Source: Felis catus
Lineage: Eukaryota
DNA: 64,000 nt
Assembly (NCBI RefSeq): GCF_018350175.1
Contig: NC_058369.1
Coordinates: 20,710,001 to 20,774,000, forward strand
Direction of reading: 5' to 3'
Shown piece by piece: positions 23,501-35,234 of this stretch. A model generated the notes under the pieces. The model had not been told where the DNA came from. It did not search any database and saw only the letters and a program-made list of their open reading frames with translations. The position numbers and the translations under genes are program-made. The number at the start of each line of letters is the position of its first letter. Position 1 is the first letter of the stretch.

Positions 23501-25393
23501 AAGTAGTGCCTACCTGGGACTCCCAGCTATGAGCTCTCACACACAGGCCCCTGTGGGCTTACTGGGAAGGTGCACACCTGACGGTCTCACATCCTGTTCC
23601 CTTCTGGCTCTGTGTCCAGGCTTTGCATCACCTCTAGAAAGGCTGTCAATGCATTTGACAGACGGGGACACTGAGGCCCATGGTAACCAATCAAGCTGTG
23701 GCAGGGGGCTGGGCCCCAGACTAAACCCAGAGCTCCTTTCCCCCAGGTGAGGGGCTCCCTGCTGGCTCTTATTGCAGCTCCAGGACCCTGTAGGAGGAGA
23801 CCCAAGCATAGTCCACAGGGAGCCTTTGCTCTACTTGCTCTTCCCCATTTCTGGGGTGGCAGGGGGCCAACACAGGCAGGGTGGGGGACAGACAGGAGGC
23901 ATGTACAGCTATTCGCCCCATAACAAGAGGGGGCTATATCTTGCACGTAGCTTATGTGCTATCAAACGCTCTTTCTGCTTCCATGGCATACTTGGGTAAT
24001 CCATCCCATGACCCAGTTTCAGAATCTGCCTTCCCAGGCTCTCCCACTTCTCCCTGGCCCATCTTCCCAGCCTCCTTCCCAGCCCCTGCTCCATTCCCTA
24101 CAGAGCAGCCAGAGGGATCTTTTGAGAATGTGAATCAGACTTGGCCTTTTCTGCTGTAAAGCTTCCCATTGTCCTGGCAGAGTCCCAGCTCCTCTCTGTG
24201 GCCAGTGTGGCCCTTGATGATGTGACTCTGCCCCTCTCTCCACCTCCCTGCCTCTTCTCAGGGCTCAAGGTTCTCTGACTGCCCCCACTCTCCCAGCCCA
24301 GCCCTGTCCCTATGTTGTCCTCCTGCTCTGTGTTTAGGGCCTTTGCACTCACTGGTCCCTATGCTGGAAACCTCTTCCCCCAGTTTTTGCCTTTAAATAC
24401 CTTCTTATCCTTCTCCCCAAACCCACTTATCCTCCAGAGTCAGAGTGGACATCTAGGAAGTGGCTGAGCCAGCATTGGAACCCCCCTCTCCTTCTAGACT
24501 TTGTGTTGTCAGCCCCGAGCCGATGGTCCTATGATTTAAAATGCCTTTGGTTCTCCCTGCACACTGGTTGGTTCTGGAAGCCTCTCACTTCCATTTCCCA
24601 CTTGCACCTCAGCCTGTCCTGCATGACTGCCCACAGTCACTCCGTGAGATCACCTGGAGCCAGAAGAGGCTCTTTGCCATGAAGGGATGGATTCCTGCTC
24701 TCAACTTGCCTAGCAGGACCTCGTCCCCAACCTCAGGCTATAGGCCTCAATTTTGCTGTTTCAGAGAGGGCTCTCCTACCCTGCCATCCAGGTGCAGCTT
24801 ACCCTTCCTCCAAAGACTGAGCCAAAACTTCTACCTCTTGGTGGCCTCAGAGGTCCCAAGCCTGGGTTCCAATCCTGCATAGAGCTACCCTGGAGGAGGG
24901 GCTGGGCTGGGGGCTAGACTCAGCTGGGACGCCCATCCACTGACACTGAGGTCATCCCTAGTGGGCCAGAAGCTGCTGGGCCTGCTTTCCTGAGTGCTCA
25001 GAAGAAGGCAGAGGAGAGAGAGAAAGAGTCCAGATAAGCCCAGGTGACCCAGTTCCCTGCCCCAAAGCCACAGATCCCCCTCCCCAGAGTCATTACTCTG
25101 AGCTGACTCCCCCTCCCTCTTGTGACATTTGGGGCTTATGGGCAGCACCTCATGATCCCACCTAGGCTCTGAGGGATGGAAGCCAGGGCTTTGGGAGTAG
25201 GAGTCCTTAACAACCTGCCCATCAGGTCACCATATTGCCCTTGATCTCTTGCTCCAGGCTTCTGATCCTTCCGAGGCCACCTCTGCCAGGAAGGGCCTGG
25301 AGGACCAGGGCCTGAGAAGGGGTGGGAGGCCAGAGGGATCTTGGACAGAGGTTCCCAGTCAGAGCAAAATCAGGAAGCAGTGATGGAGTCAGG

Positions 25394-25396
<3 letters not shown>

Positions 25397-25436
<40 letters not shown>
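25397..25436. repeat. (GT)20 microsatellite
   Basis: Seen directly. Confidence 0.95.
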
Positions 25437-25438
<2 letters not shown>

Positions 25439-28400
25439 AGGTCCTGTCTTTGCTGAACCGGCCTATGGTCTTTTGATTGGGAGAGCCAGCAGTGGCAGGC
25501 TCCCGACAGTAAAGCCAGTCCAACCTTTGAGGCTGGGAGGGTGGAGAGGCTGGGAATTCCCAGGGTATCTGAGCAGGGCGGAAGTGCCAGGGGCCTGGGC
25601 TGGGTCTGCTTCTTCGGGTGGGCCAAGGGGTGGAGACTGCTAGGTCTCTCTGTAGCTGCCAGGCCTAATTGCCTCATTAGTATCTGCCTGCCGCCCGGGC
25701 CTGTCTGGTTCCCTCCCCAACGGCCCAAACAGCCCTGTTTTTCAGGAATCCCTCCTACAAGGCACTGGTGACAGTGACAGTGACCACATGATCATGACGA
25801 GGCAGGCGAAATGGCCCGGGAGCCAGCTGGCCTGGGCCAGGCATGAATTTGCTGGGTTGAGGCCTCAGCGTCCAGCCCCATCCCAGGTTTCATGCCCTGT
25901 GCTGTCCCACATGGGTTCAGCTGTCAAGCTGCCTGCCGGGAGCTGGATATGCTGTGTTCCCAGGCTCATGGGGACCAGTAGCAGCACCAGAAAACAGTCT
26001 AGAGGACTCCCTTCCTGGTCTGTTCCTACCCATCCCTACTCCTGTCACAGGGGCATGTGCCCCAAGACCTGGGAGAATCCATCCCTGCAAAGACTAGGGT
26101 CTCCTGGGAGAGAGGATTCTAAGGGACTCTGACTCTTAGGGCCCCGAGCAGGAGCCAAGATGAGTATACCATGTGTGTTGGGACAGGGCAGGAGTGAGAG
26201 GAGGGTGGTGGGTGGAGATTGGGGGACCCGACCAAGAGACCTGGTTCTAATCCTGATTCTACCACAGGCCTCCCTTCTCTGGGCCTCAGTTTCCTCCTCT
26301 ATAAACTGGGGGTGCAGTATACCAGGCAAACTGCTCTGAGGCAGGAGGAAGCCCACCATTGAAGGGCCCAGCCAAGGGCTGAGCACATGTTCCCTGAGTC
26401 AACCCTCTTGTGCCTGGACAGTCGGGACAGGGCCCTGGGGGCAGGTGATGACCCCCAAGGGAAGGCCTCCGGGAGCAGAGGGATGGGAAGGGGGCTTGTA
26501 GCAGCTGTGCCAGAGAACGTGAGCAAGATGGGCTCTGAGCAGAGAGGCCGGCCCCGACAGGGAGGTTAAACAGAGACTGAGGAGACACAGCATCTCTTCT
26601 GAACCTGGAGCTGTTGGCTGCCCTGTCCTGAGGCTGATGTCGTGGTGGGGGCGGTGGCATGGACGCTCCCAACACCTGGGGCCTGCCTGTGCAGGTCCCT
26701 TCCCGTGGGGCAAGGCCCTTCCCGCCGGCCTTCTGCCTTTGACTCTGTGGCCACGCCTGCCCACCCACCTGGCTGCCCTCCCATAATGAAGGGTAGGGAG
26801 GGAATCAGAGTCATCAGGACCCCAACATGGCTCAAACATGGTCCTACCTCCAAGCCTTGGCCATGCCAGCCCCCTGCTGCCTTCTGTTCACCCTTCCTTA
26901 GCTGTCACCCCCATTCAGTTCCCACCTTTTGCTCAGACCCAGCAGACAACAGCCCCTGCTCTGAACCCAGAGAGCCTTTCCCATCATGGGGCTTTGACCT
27001 ATACCTCCTGCCTCCTCAAGGGCTTTTCCTGTAGCACTGTCCAAAATGGGATCCATGGAATACTGGGCTGGCCCGGCACACCTCGATCAAAGAAGTTAAG
27101 TGGTCAAAAGTCTGGAAAACACTATGAGCTCTGTGGCCCAAGCTGCATAGCATTGGAGTGTTAAATGCTCTGACAAGTCCTGCAAGGATTGAGCTGGATT
27201 TATTTTGTTCATCAAGCATTTCCCAAACTCTGGCAACCACAGCACGAGTTTCCTGCATAACCTCCACTATCAGCTCATGGGACTGTGCCCTCAGCGTGTC
27301 CTTCGGGGGAGAAAGTGGCCTTATGTTGCCCAGTGGCTATTCACACCACATTCTCTTCCCTGGACTGTGCTTCCCATCTTCAGGGTCATCAAGGTGATCA
27401 CTCAGAACCCCATACCCTTCTTCTGGCCTGCTGTAGGGCCCTGCGGTCTGCTTTCTGCCAGCAGGTCCAGCCACCCCTGTGGGATCAGAAGCTAGTCTGG
27501 TGGGAAGGTGAGGGTGATAAATGGATGCTGGGCAATAGGCTGGAGAGGAAGAAGATGAGCCAGACACTCAGCCATGTTTCTCCCAACCGGCAGCTGCCAC
27601 CTCTTGGCCCCGACTGGCTCCGGTGGCCTCTAGCTCTAGGCTGCACAAGGCCGGGTTGGGTGGATGGAGGGGCTGTGCTGTCTCGGCTTGGGAGCTGCGG
27701 ACGGGCTCCCCTCCCCAAGCCCAGGCCAGGGTTGGGTTAGGAGCCCTGAGGGTCTCCTAATGAGTTCCACATGCAAGTGGATGCCTCGGAGAGGAAACGG
27801 GCAGGGGCTGGGGTGGGGGAGAGGGGCCTGAGGATTGGAAACATGTGTGGAGGAGGAGAAGGAGGATGGGGAGGACGACAGAGAGGTGGGGGAGAAGGAA
27901 GGGGAGCAGCAAGAGGAGGAGACTTTATTCTCAGAAGTCCTGGTGCCTACCCCTCATGAGGTTGACTGCCAGGCCCCCAAGTCCCTGTCGGAGGCCCCCA
28001 GGCCACCAGTCTGCTGGGAGAGTGGTCGGAGGGACCTCAGAGGGCCTACTCCTCTTTACTTCAGGTGGAAAAAGCCCCAACCTCCTGGCCCTGCTTGGTG
28101 GGGGTTCTGAGCCATTAGGGGCAGGATAGAACCCACTGGGTGGGAGGGGCCATGGGGACATAAGGAAGCCCCTCCAGTGCCAGCCAGCCTGGCCAGCAGC
28201 AAAATACTCCTCCAGATCCAGCCCGGCTTCCCCTACTCCACTGGAGAGCCCTGGGTGCAGCAAGGCCACTGACTCGTCAACCCTGACTCCCACCTTTGCC
28301 CCTCTTGGCTAGTGGGTGGGCAGGGAGGCCTGGCATGTGGGTTGGCTGCCCTACCACCCCTCCCACTCACGTGGGCACCTGGACTGGCCTGGTAGCTGGA

Positions 28401-31400
28401 AACCTCATTAGGAAAAACAAAGGCTGTGCAGGAGCCATGTTGACATGTGGGGTGGGGGTGTCTGGTGAGAGAGGCCCACAGTGGGTAAGGAGCAGAGTCT
28501 ACCTTAACAGATCCCCCCACCCCCCCTCCCAAGAGTACCGGTTGAGCCCCAGGTTTCCAGCCAGCTGACCAAGGTGGAGCCTGGAGTGGGCCTTATAGCC
28601 AGCTGGCTAGCCTGCAGGACTCCGATGCCAGGAGCCCAGCCCTTCAGCCCCCACCTCCAGCCCCCTCCCCAAGCCATGGACTGGAGCCCAGCAAGGACAA
28701 GGTCTGCTCTTAGAGCTTTGTGTGAATTGTCTCAGTGAGTCTTTCCAGCAGCCCTATGAGGTCACTCCTGCTCTTACCCTATGTCATGGAGGAGGAGGCT
28801 GAGGTACAGAGAGGTGCATACAGAGCATTCCTGGCATCAGAAATAGTGGGTGCAAAGGTCCTGGGGCTGGAATGTGCCTGGTGTGTCCAAGGAACAGCGA
28901 AGAGGCTGGTGTGGCTGGAGGGGCATGAGAGGAGGGTAGAGGGGGTGGCAAGAGATGGGGTAGGGGACAGGCAGGAATGAGTGGGGCCTTGTGGTCGTGG
29001 TGAGCACTGGGGCCTCTATTCACTGTCGGGGAGGCTGGGGAACCAACCACTGGAAGCAGTTGAGCAGGGATGGCATGAGCTATCTTACCAGTTCTCATTA
29101 TTTATTGCTTTTTATTCTGACAGCTTAGTAGCCTCTGGCTGCTCTGCTGAGAACAGATGGGGTGGGACAAGAGCGAAAGTGGGAGACCAGGGAGAAAAAG
29201 ACCAGGCATCTCAGCAGGTTCTGGCTCCTTGCGGGTTTAGCTTTGGGATGGCGTGAGTGGTGGGCAGGCCCAAACTTCTGGGGGAGGTTGACAGGACCCT
29301 CACCTGACCTGCACAAGCCTGAGGCTCCCATCCCTCACCAGAGGGGCCTATAGAGCTGAGGCAACCCCAGGCCAGAGACATTATCCCCCAACAGGAGATT
29401 TCAGGATACCTCTCAAAAGGCACGGGCATCCTTGTGGGGTTTCACAGATGTCTCTATCTCAACACACCCTAACTACCAGGGGAGCTAGACCCAACCCCAG
29501 GATCAGGGCAACCCCAAGAGCAAAGGTCAGCTTCCTGGTTCCGGCTAAGAAGTCCATGGAAGCAGCCCAGACAGGGGTTGGCCCAGCCCTCTGCCACAGA
29601 AAACACCTTCTGCTTCCAGTTAGCAGGCGCATGTGAGCTGCTGCCTGGAGGGTCTGGGAGGACTAACTACACCGCTTCTCTGGCTGCAAGTTTCAGAGGC
29701 TTCTGAGGAGCCAATCCAGGAGCAGTTGTCACGGGAGGAAGATTCTGGGGGTTGAGTTGGGACTGGGGAGCAAAACCAGCATCTCCATTCCAACCTTGGG
29801 CAGGAGGGCATGTCTTTGGGGCGGATCTGGCTGCGGTCAGGATTTACGGGGCTCAGTGCAGAGGTGGGGTGGGGCATCATAGTTCTTCTGGGAGATCTAG
29901 ATGGTTCTAGAGAGAGCTGCCAGGGGAGGGCAGGGGGCAGGGCAAAGGTCTGGAAGAGGCCAGTTAAGCAGAGCATCTGTGGGGTGCATGTGCCCTCGGC
30001 CAGGCTTGAGACCAGGAGAGTGACGAGGACTGGCTAAACATGGGCTCCCAGTGCTCAGGGACGTCCATGGCTCTGAAGGCAGTCTTGATTCCAAAGCTGA
30101 GTCCAGGCACCCAATGGGAGGAGAACGGAGATACACTGGGGCTGATGTCAGGATGCGTGGCGGAGTGACACTGCCCAGCGTGGGTTCTGGCTCCTGCAGG
30201 CCAGCCCCCCACCTACTGGGCACCCACTTGTGCCTGAAGGAGAAGCTCAAGGCCGAGAAAGGGAAGCTTCGGCAGAACACGACTTCCCTCTCCTGCCCAG
30301 GTTCCTTATCCCAGTGCTCAGATTTCTCATCAGTGGTAGGTCAGCGGGTGGGGGGCTGGCATTCCTGAAGCAAGAAGCGCTCCTAAGGTGAAAGAGGCTC
30401 ACCTAAAGTGAAAGCACTCCTTAGCTTTGCTTTATAAATAGGTCCTCGGGAGAGTGCACTGGCAGCTCCCAACCAAGGAGGGACTGGCATGAAAGCTTCC
30501 TAATGGCTTTGCCCCAGGCTCTCTGGCCTGGCTCCAATCCTATCTTGAGCTCAGCTGGGCCCTCAGGGGTCGGGAGTCCGGGGCAAAGCTTCTAAAAGAC
30601 TTCCCCGGGGTGGCCAAGTAAGTGAGCCTAGGTTGCCAGGGCCTCCAGGCTAGGGTGAGCTGGAGCCCACCAGCCAATGGGACAAGGCCCCACACCAGGT
30701 GTGGCGCTCACAGGAAGTGGAAGGACACCCAGGACACCGGGCCGCCAACACCCTGCCACTGCTGCCTTGGCAAAGTGGTTCCCTCAGCAGCCTGGGGTGG
30801 GTGGGGTGGAGCAGGGGTGCTCAGTAAGAAGGCCCGGGGGGATTTCTGGTCCCCTTAAATGGCCATACACCAATTAAGGCGGGAGCCATCAGGGGCCTAT
30901 CTTGAGCAAATCATTTAGGAAAATGAGGTTAATGACAGGGAGCCAGGACAACAGGGCCCGTGTGAGTCACCATGCTCCCGCTCGCTCAGCGGGCTGGGTT
31001 TCCGGGATTCCGGGTAATCACAAACACCCATCCTCGAGCCTGTGCTGGCCCTGGTGGCAGCCTGGGTGATAGCAGAGAGGTGGCCTTAGAGTGCTGGCCT
31101 CCCTAGGTGGGGAGGGGCTGCCCTGAGTCCCCCTGCCTGCCCGCCCAAATCCCCGTTCACCACAGGCATGCTCATGGCGGGGGCCACAGGATCAGGAGTT
31201 CGTAACTGTAGCCGTCTAGAATTCCAGAGCCAGAGGGACCGTGGGACCATCAGCCCATTGACACATGGACCAACTTCCAGGAAAGGGGCCTGACCTGTCA
31301 CAAGTGTCACCCCAGACTGGTGGTGGTGGGGGTCATACCAACAGTCACACACTGACCACACTCTCGCTCTGTGCCAGTCACTGCTCTGAGCGCCTCATGT

Positions 31401-31997
31401 GCCTGAATACATAGGCATATAACCTCAGAGAGAGTCTACAAACTTGGGAAACTCATTCAAGACCACGGAGCTAGCAGGTGGCAGAGCCGGCGTCTGGAGT
31501 TGGGAGTCAGCGACCCCTGACTCCATTGCTCGACCTCTCAGCAGCCTGCTTGCACACAGCCCGCCACCACGGAGAAACCGCGAATCTGTGGCAAGCAGAT
31601 CCTGGGACAGAGGGACAAGGATGGTGCTGGGTGGGAGAATGGCAGAGTTTCTAGGTCAGGCTGGCTGGTGCCACTTGAGTCTCTGAAGGGACATGGTCAG
31701 AGCTCGTGGGGAGTGGAGACTCGGGAAAGAAAGGGTAGCAGGCTTGCCAGGGGTCAGGACAGGACTCAGCTGCTGCTGCTTTCTGGCTTGGTGGGCCAGC
31801 CCACCTGAGCTGCCCCCCGCAGTTTCTCTGGCAGAAGTACAGGTTCATCTTGAAACCCCAAGAATCTGGCAAAGGGTAGGTGGAGGGAATCACAATTTAA
31901 ATCACCCATCACCAACACCTGTTCTTTTATTTCCCGTTAGGAAAATCAGGGCACGAGAGAAGGGGGTGGTGGGAATTGCCGCTAGGATATACTTCTT

Positions 31998-32220
31998 TTT
32001 TTTTAATTTTTTTTTTTTTTTAACGTTTATTTATTTTGGAGACAGAGAGAGAGAGCATGAACGGGGGGAGGGCCAGAGAGAGAGAGGGAGACACAGAATC
32101 CGAAGCAGGCTCCAGGCTCTGAGCTGTCAGCACAGAGCCCAACGTGGGGCTCGAACTCACGGACTGCGAGATCATGACCTGAGCTGAAGTCAGACGCTTA
32201 ACCGGCTGAGTCACCCGCCC
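31998..32220 (-). mobile_element. Full-length young Can-SINE (SINEC_Fc-like) with 16-bp TSD
   Basis: Typical felid SINE body (GGGAGACACAGAATCCGAAGCAGGCTCCAGGCTCTGAGCTGTCAGCACAGAGCCC). Perfect TSD CTAGGATATACTTCTT at 31982-31997 and 32221-32236. Confidence 0.95.
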
Positions 32221-34491
32221 CTAGGATATACTTCTTAACAAAAAACCCCTAACCTAATCTCACCTTCCTAGCAAAAAGAAAAAAAGAGAGAGAGAGAGAG
32301 AGAGAGGGAGAGATGCCTGCAATTTGGATTTTGGGGGACTGTTATCAAAATCTACAACCAGAAAATATGGTGGCTGAGCTGAGGCACTTGCATTTCCAGA
32401 AGGCAGAAACACCAGTGGGGGCACTGGTAAGAGCCCCTACGACGGGGGAGCTGGCGGCAAGGGCTGGCAGGGAGACACCACCACAAGAAAGGCCCTGTCG
32501 TGTGGCCCCCAACCTTGCCAAGCCACCTCAAGCCCACCTAGGCCTCACGCTCCTCCCTTGCTTGTGAGGGTCCCCACGGCCAAACAGCCCAGTGTTGCCC
32601 AGCTCAGGGTCCTGTAGCACCTTCATGGGCTAGGGGTGGGGGGTCAGAGCACCCTAGAATCTCCCGTCCCCTCTTCCTCAGGAAAAATCTGGGCCCCTAG
32701 ATCCTCACTGAGCAGTGAGGTCCCAACTCAGGCCCCACGTGAGCAATTTCAAGAAAGAACTCTTGGGGTTAGAACTTAGGCCCTTCATTGCTCTGCCTTG
32801 TGTGTGTGACACACTGACCCTCGGGCTTGGAGGAGGTGGGTTCTCTGTGGTGTTTCAAAGACCAGCGCAGCTCTCCAAGAACCTTCTTCCCCCACATTCC
32901 GGGTCTGGCTGGTGGCTCCATCAAGGCAGGTGTGTGAGTGTGCAGGAAACCCCTCAGGAGGGCCCTGCCTGGGCCACTCCAGAGACGTCCTCTCAGACAG
33001 CCCGTGGCTGCCTCAGTAGGGGAGAGCCCAGGCTGGGCTGCCTCAGAACACGTGGACATCGGCCTATAAGGGGTGTGGTGAGGGGGGCTGATAAACTAGG
33101 GTGGGGCTTCCAGGGACAAACACTACACCATTGCCCCCAGGCCATTTCCCGAATCCCTAGCAGGCTCTCAATCTCCATTTTCCTCACAGAGAAAACTCAA
33201 TCCTGGTGTAAACTGAAGGCAGGGAGATGGCAGCCTGGGCCCGGCCGGAGGGCAAGAGCTGCCATACAATGCCTGGAGACCTGGTTCCAGTCCTGCTCTC
33301 CCCAGTGAGAGGTGCCATCTGTGTCTCCCGAGATGACCTCACCCTGAGATGGCTGCTCAAATCACCAGAGCTCCAACACAGACCTCCAGCTTCACGACTG
33401 ACTGGAAGCTACAACAGGACAGCCAGCATGGTGGGGGCAGGGGGTGGGGTGGGTGGGTGCTGACAAACCTAGTCCCACAAGCTGCATCCTCTCTGAGCAG
33501 GTTCACTTAGGGTACCCAGACTCCCTAAAGGCCTTTACGGAGGGGGATCCCATGACCTCCCGAGGCAGCTGAGCACCTCACCTGCCAATTCAAACCAGCA
33601 GGCCCGCCCAACTCTTCTACACGCAGGGACACATGGGAGGCCTCAGCAGATCCCTGGGGACCTTCAGAAGAGCCTGAGCCAGCAGCCTCCTCCCCACTTT
33701 CCCACTCACAGCTCATGGGGAGCGAGCCTCCCTCGTAAGCACCTGGAGGGGTGGTTACCACCACCACATAACACAAGAACCTGAGGCTCAGAGAGGTTAT
33801 GTCGCCATGCGGAGGTTACACAGCTGGCTAAAGGCAGAATCTGTAGCCTGATCCTGGACTGCGGCTCTCTCTCCACACAGCCGGGGGAGGCAGCTTCCCC
33901 GTTCTCATCGTTTATCAGGGCTCAACACAGGCTGCCTCCTTGGCGGCCCAAGCTCCTAGGCATTCAGGCTCTGCTCCCACCTGGAAGCCGCAGAGGCTGG
34001 GAACCTCATTAGCTGCGTGGTACTAACAGCTCCCGAGAAGATCTAACACCCCCACCCCCCACCCCGGTCCCCCAGGGCAAGGCAGGTATGTTGAAGGATA
34101 AATACCTCCCTGGCTGGCTGGGTCCCAAGAAGCCAAATGCTGAAGGCATAGACAACACCGAGACATATGGCAAACACTGCCTGGCTCTCCCTGCAGGGAT
34201 GCAGAGGAAGGCGCCTATGAGAACCCTCAGGAGTTAAGTGGAAATGCAGGTGCCTGAGTCTTCCAGGATCCAATCGAGGAAGCCAGCTGGGGGGCCGGCC
34301 AGGGGAGGTGAATGTCATGCGGGGACTCTGGCTGTCCTTGCTCCCCCAATACCCTGAGCTCCAGAGGTAACCTGGCAGGGGCTCTCCGAAGTCACCGCTC
34401 TCATTCTCCCTTTATGGGCCCTGGGGATGGAGGCACTGATAAGGTCTCACTCAGAACAAGCCACTTTTATGAGAAGCTCAATAAAGTCCAT

Positions 34492-34497
34492 TTTAAT
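34492..34497 (-). terminator. POC1A: Probable POC1A polyadenylation signal ATTAAA (3'UTR ~640 nt)
   Basis: Plus-strand TTTAAT at 34492-34497 in an AT-rich patch ~620 nt after the stop codon. Confidence 0.6.
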
Positions 34498-35117
34498 TTC
34501 AGATTCCTTCACCTTCGTGCATACAGAGGAGGAAGCCACCAGGCCCCAGTGAACATGCGTGAGGCAGAAATCGAGGCCACTGCAAAGCTACTGCCTCCCC
34601 GCCTCGAGTGCTTGGTCCTGGATAAACCTCAGATGGACCCACATTGGGCCTTTTGTCAGATTTAGAGAAAACTCCTGGCTCCCCATCCAATGTGTAGTCC
34701 ATTGCTATGGGTGGGAAGAGCCAGTCATATGACAGAAGGTTGGACAAACCCCAGGAAGGGGACTCTTCTGGAGGGGGCAGGGAAGCTGCGATCTTAGGGC
34801 TCACTGGGACTCCGAGGTAGAGGTAGCAAACATTTCCGGGTGACTCCTTCACATTAAACCAAACACAGTCCATTCTGCATGTGTTGGCCCTGCCCACAGG
34901 GGGCCGGCCTCCCACTGCCAGGTGGAGAGCCTCCAGGTGCAGACAGCCAGTGGAGGACAGAGATAGGGGCATAATCTCTGGGGCTCAGGGATGAATGTGA
35001 TGCCCACAGAGCTGAATCCCTTTCATTTAAATAAATGAGTCCCCAAGTCCCACAGTACCAATCCCTGGTCTGCCACCCCCCCAAAATCGACCAAGCTCTT
35101 GATTCTTGCTCCCCTGA

Positions 35118-35234
<117 letters not shown>

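Noticed and set aside
27835..28110. Acidic 91-aa ORF (EEEKEDGEDDRE...)
   Set aside because: It starts at a non-ATG codon and derives from a purine-rich low-complexity tract. There is no splice or domain support.
30225..30290. Coding-like stretch LKEKLKAEKGKLRQN
   Set aside because: Too short, with no parent gene I recognise and no clear splice sites, polyA or TSD. A BLASTX search would settle it.
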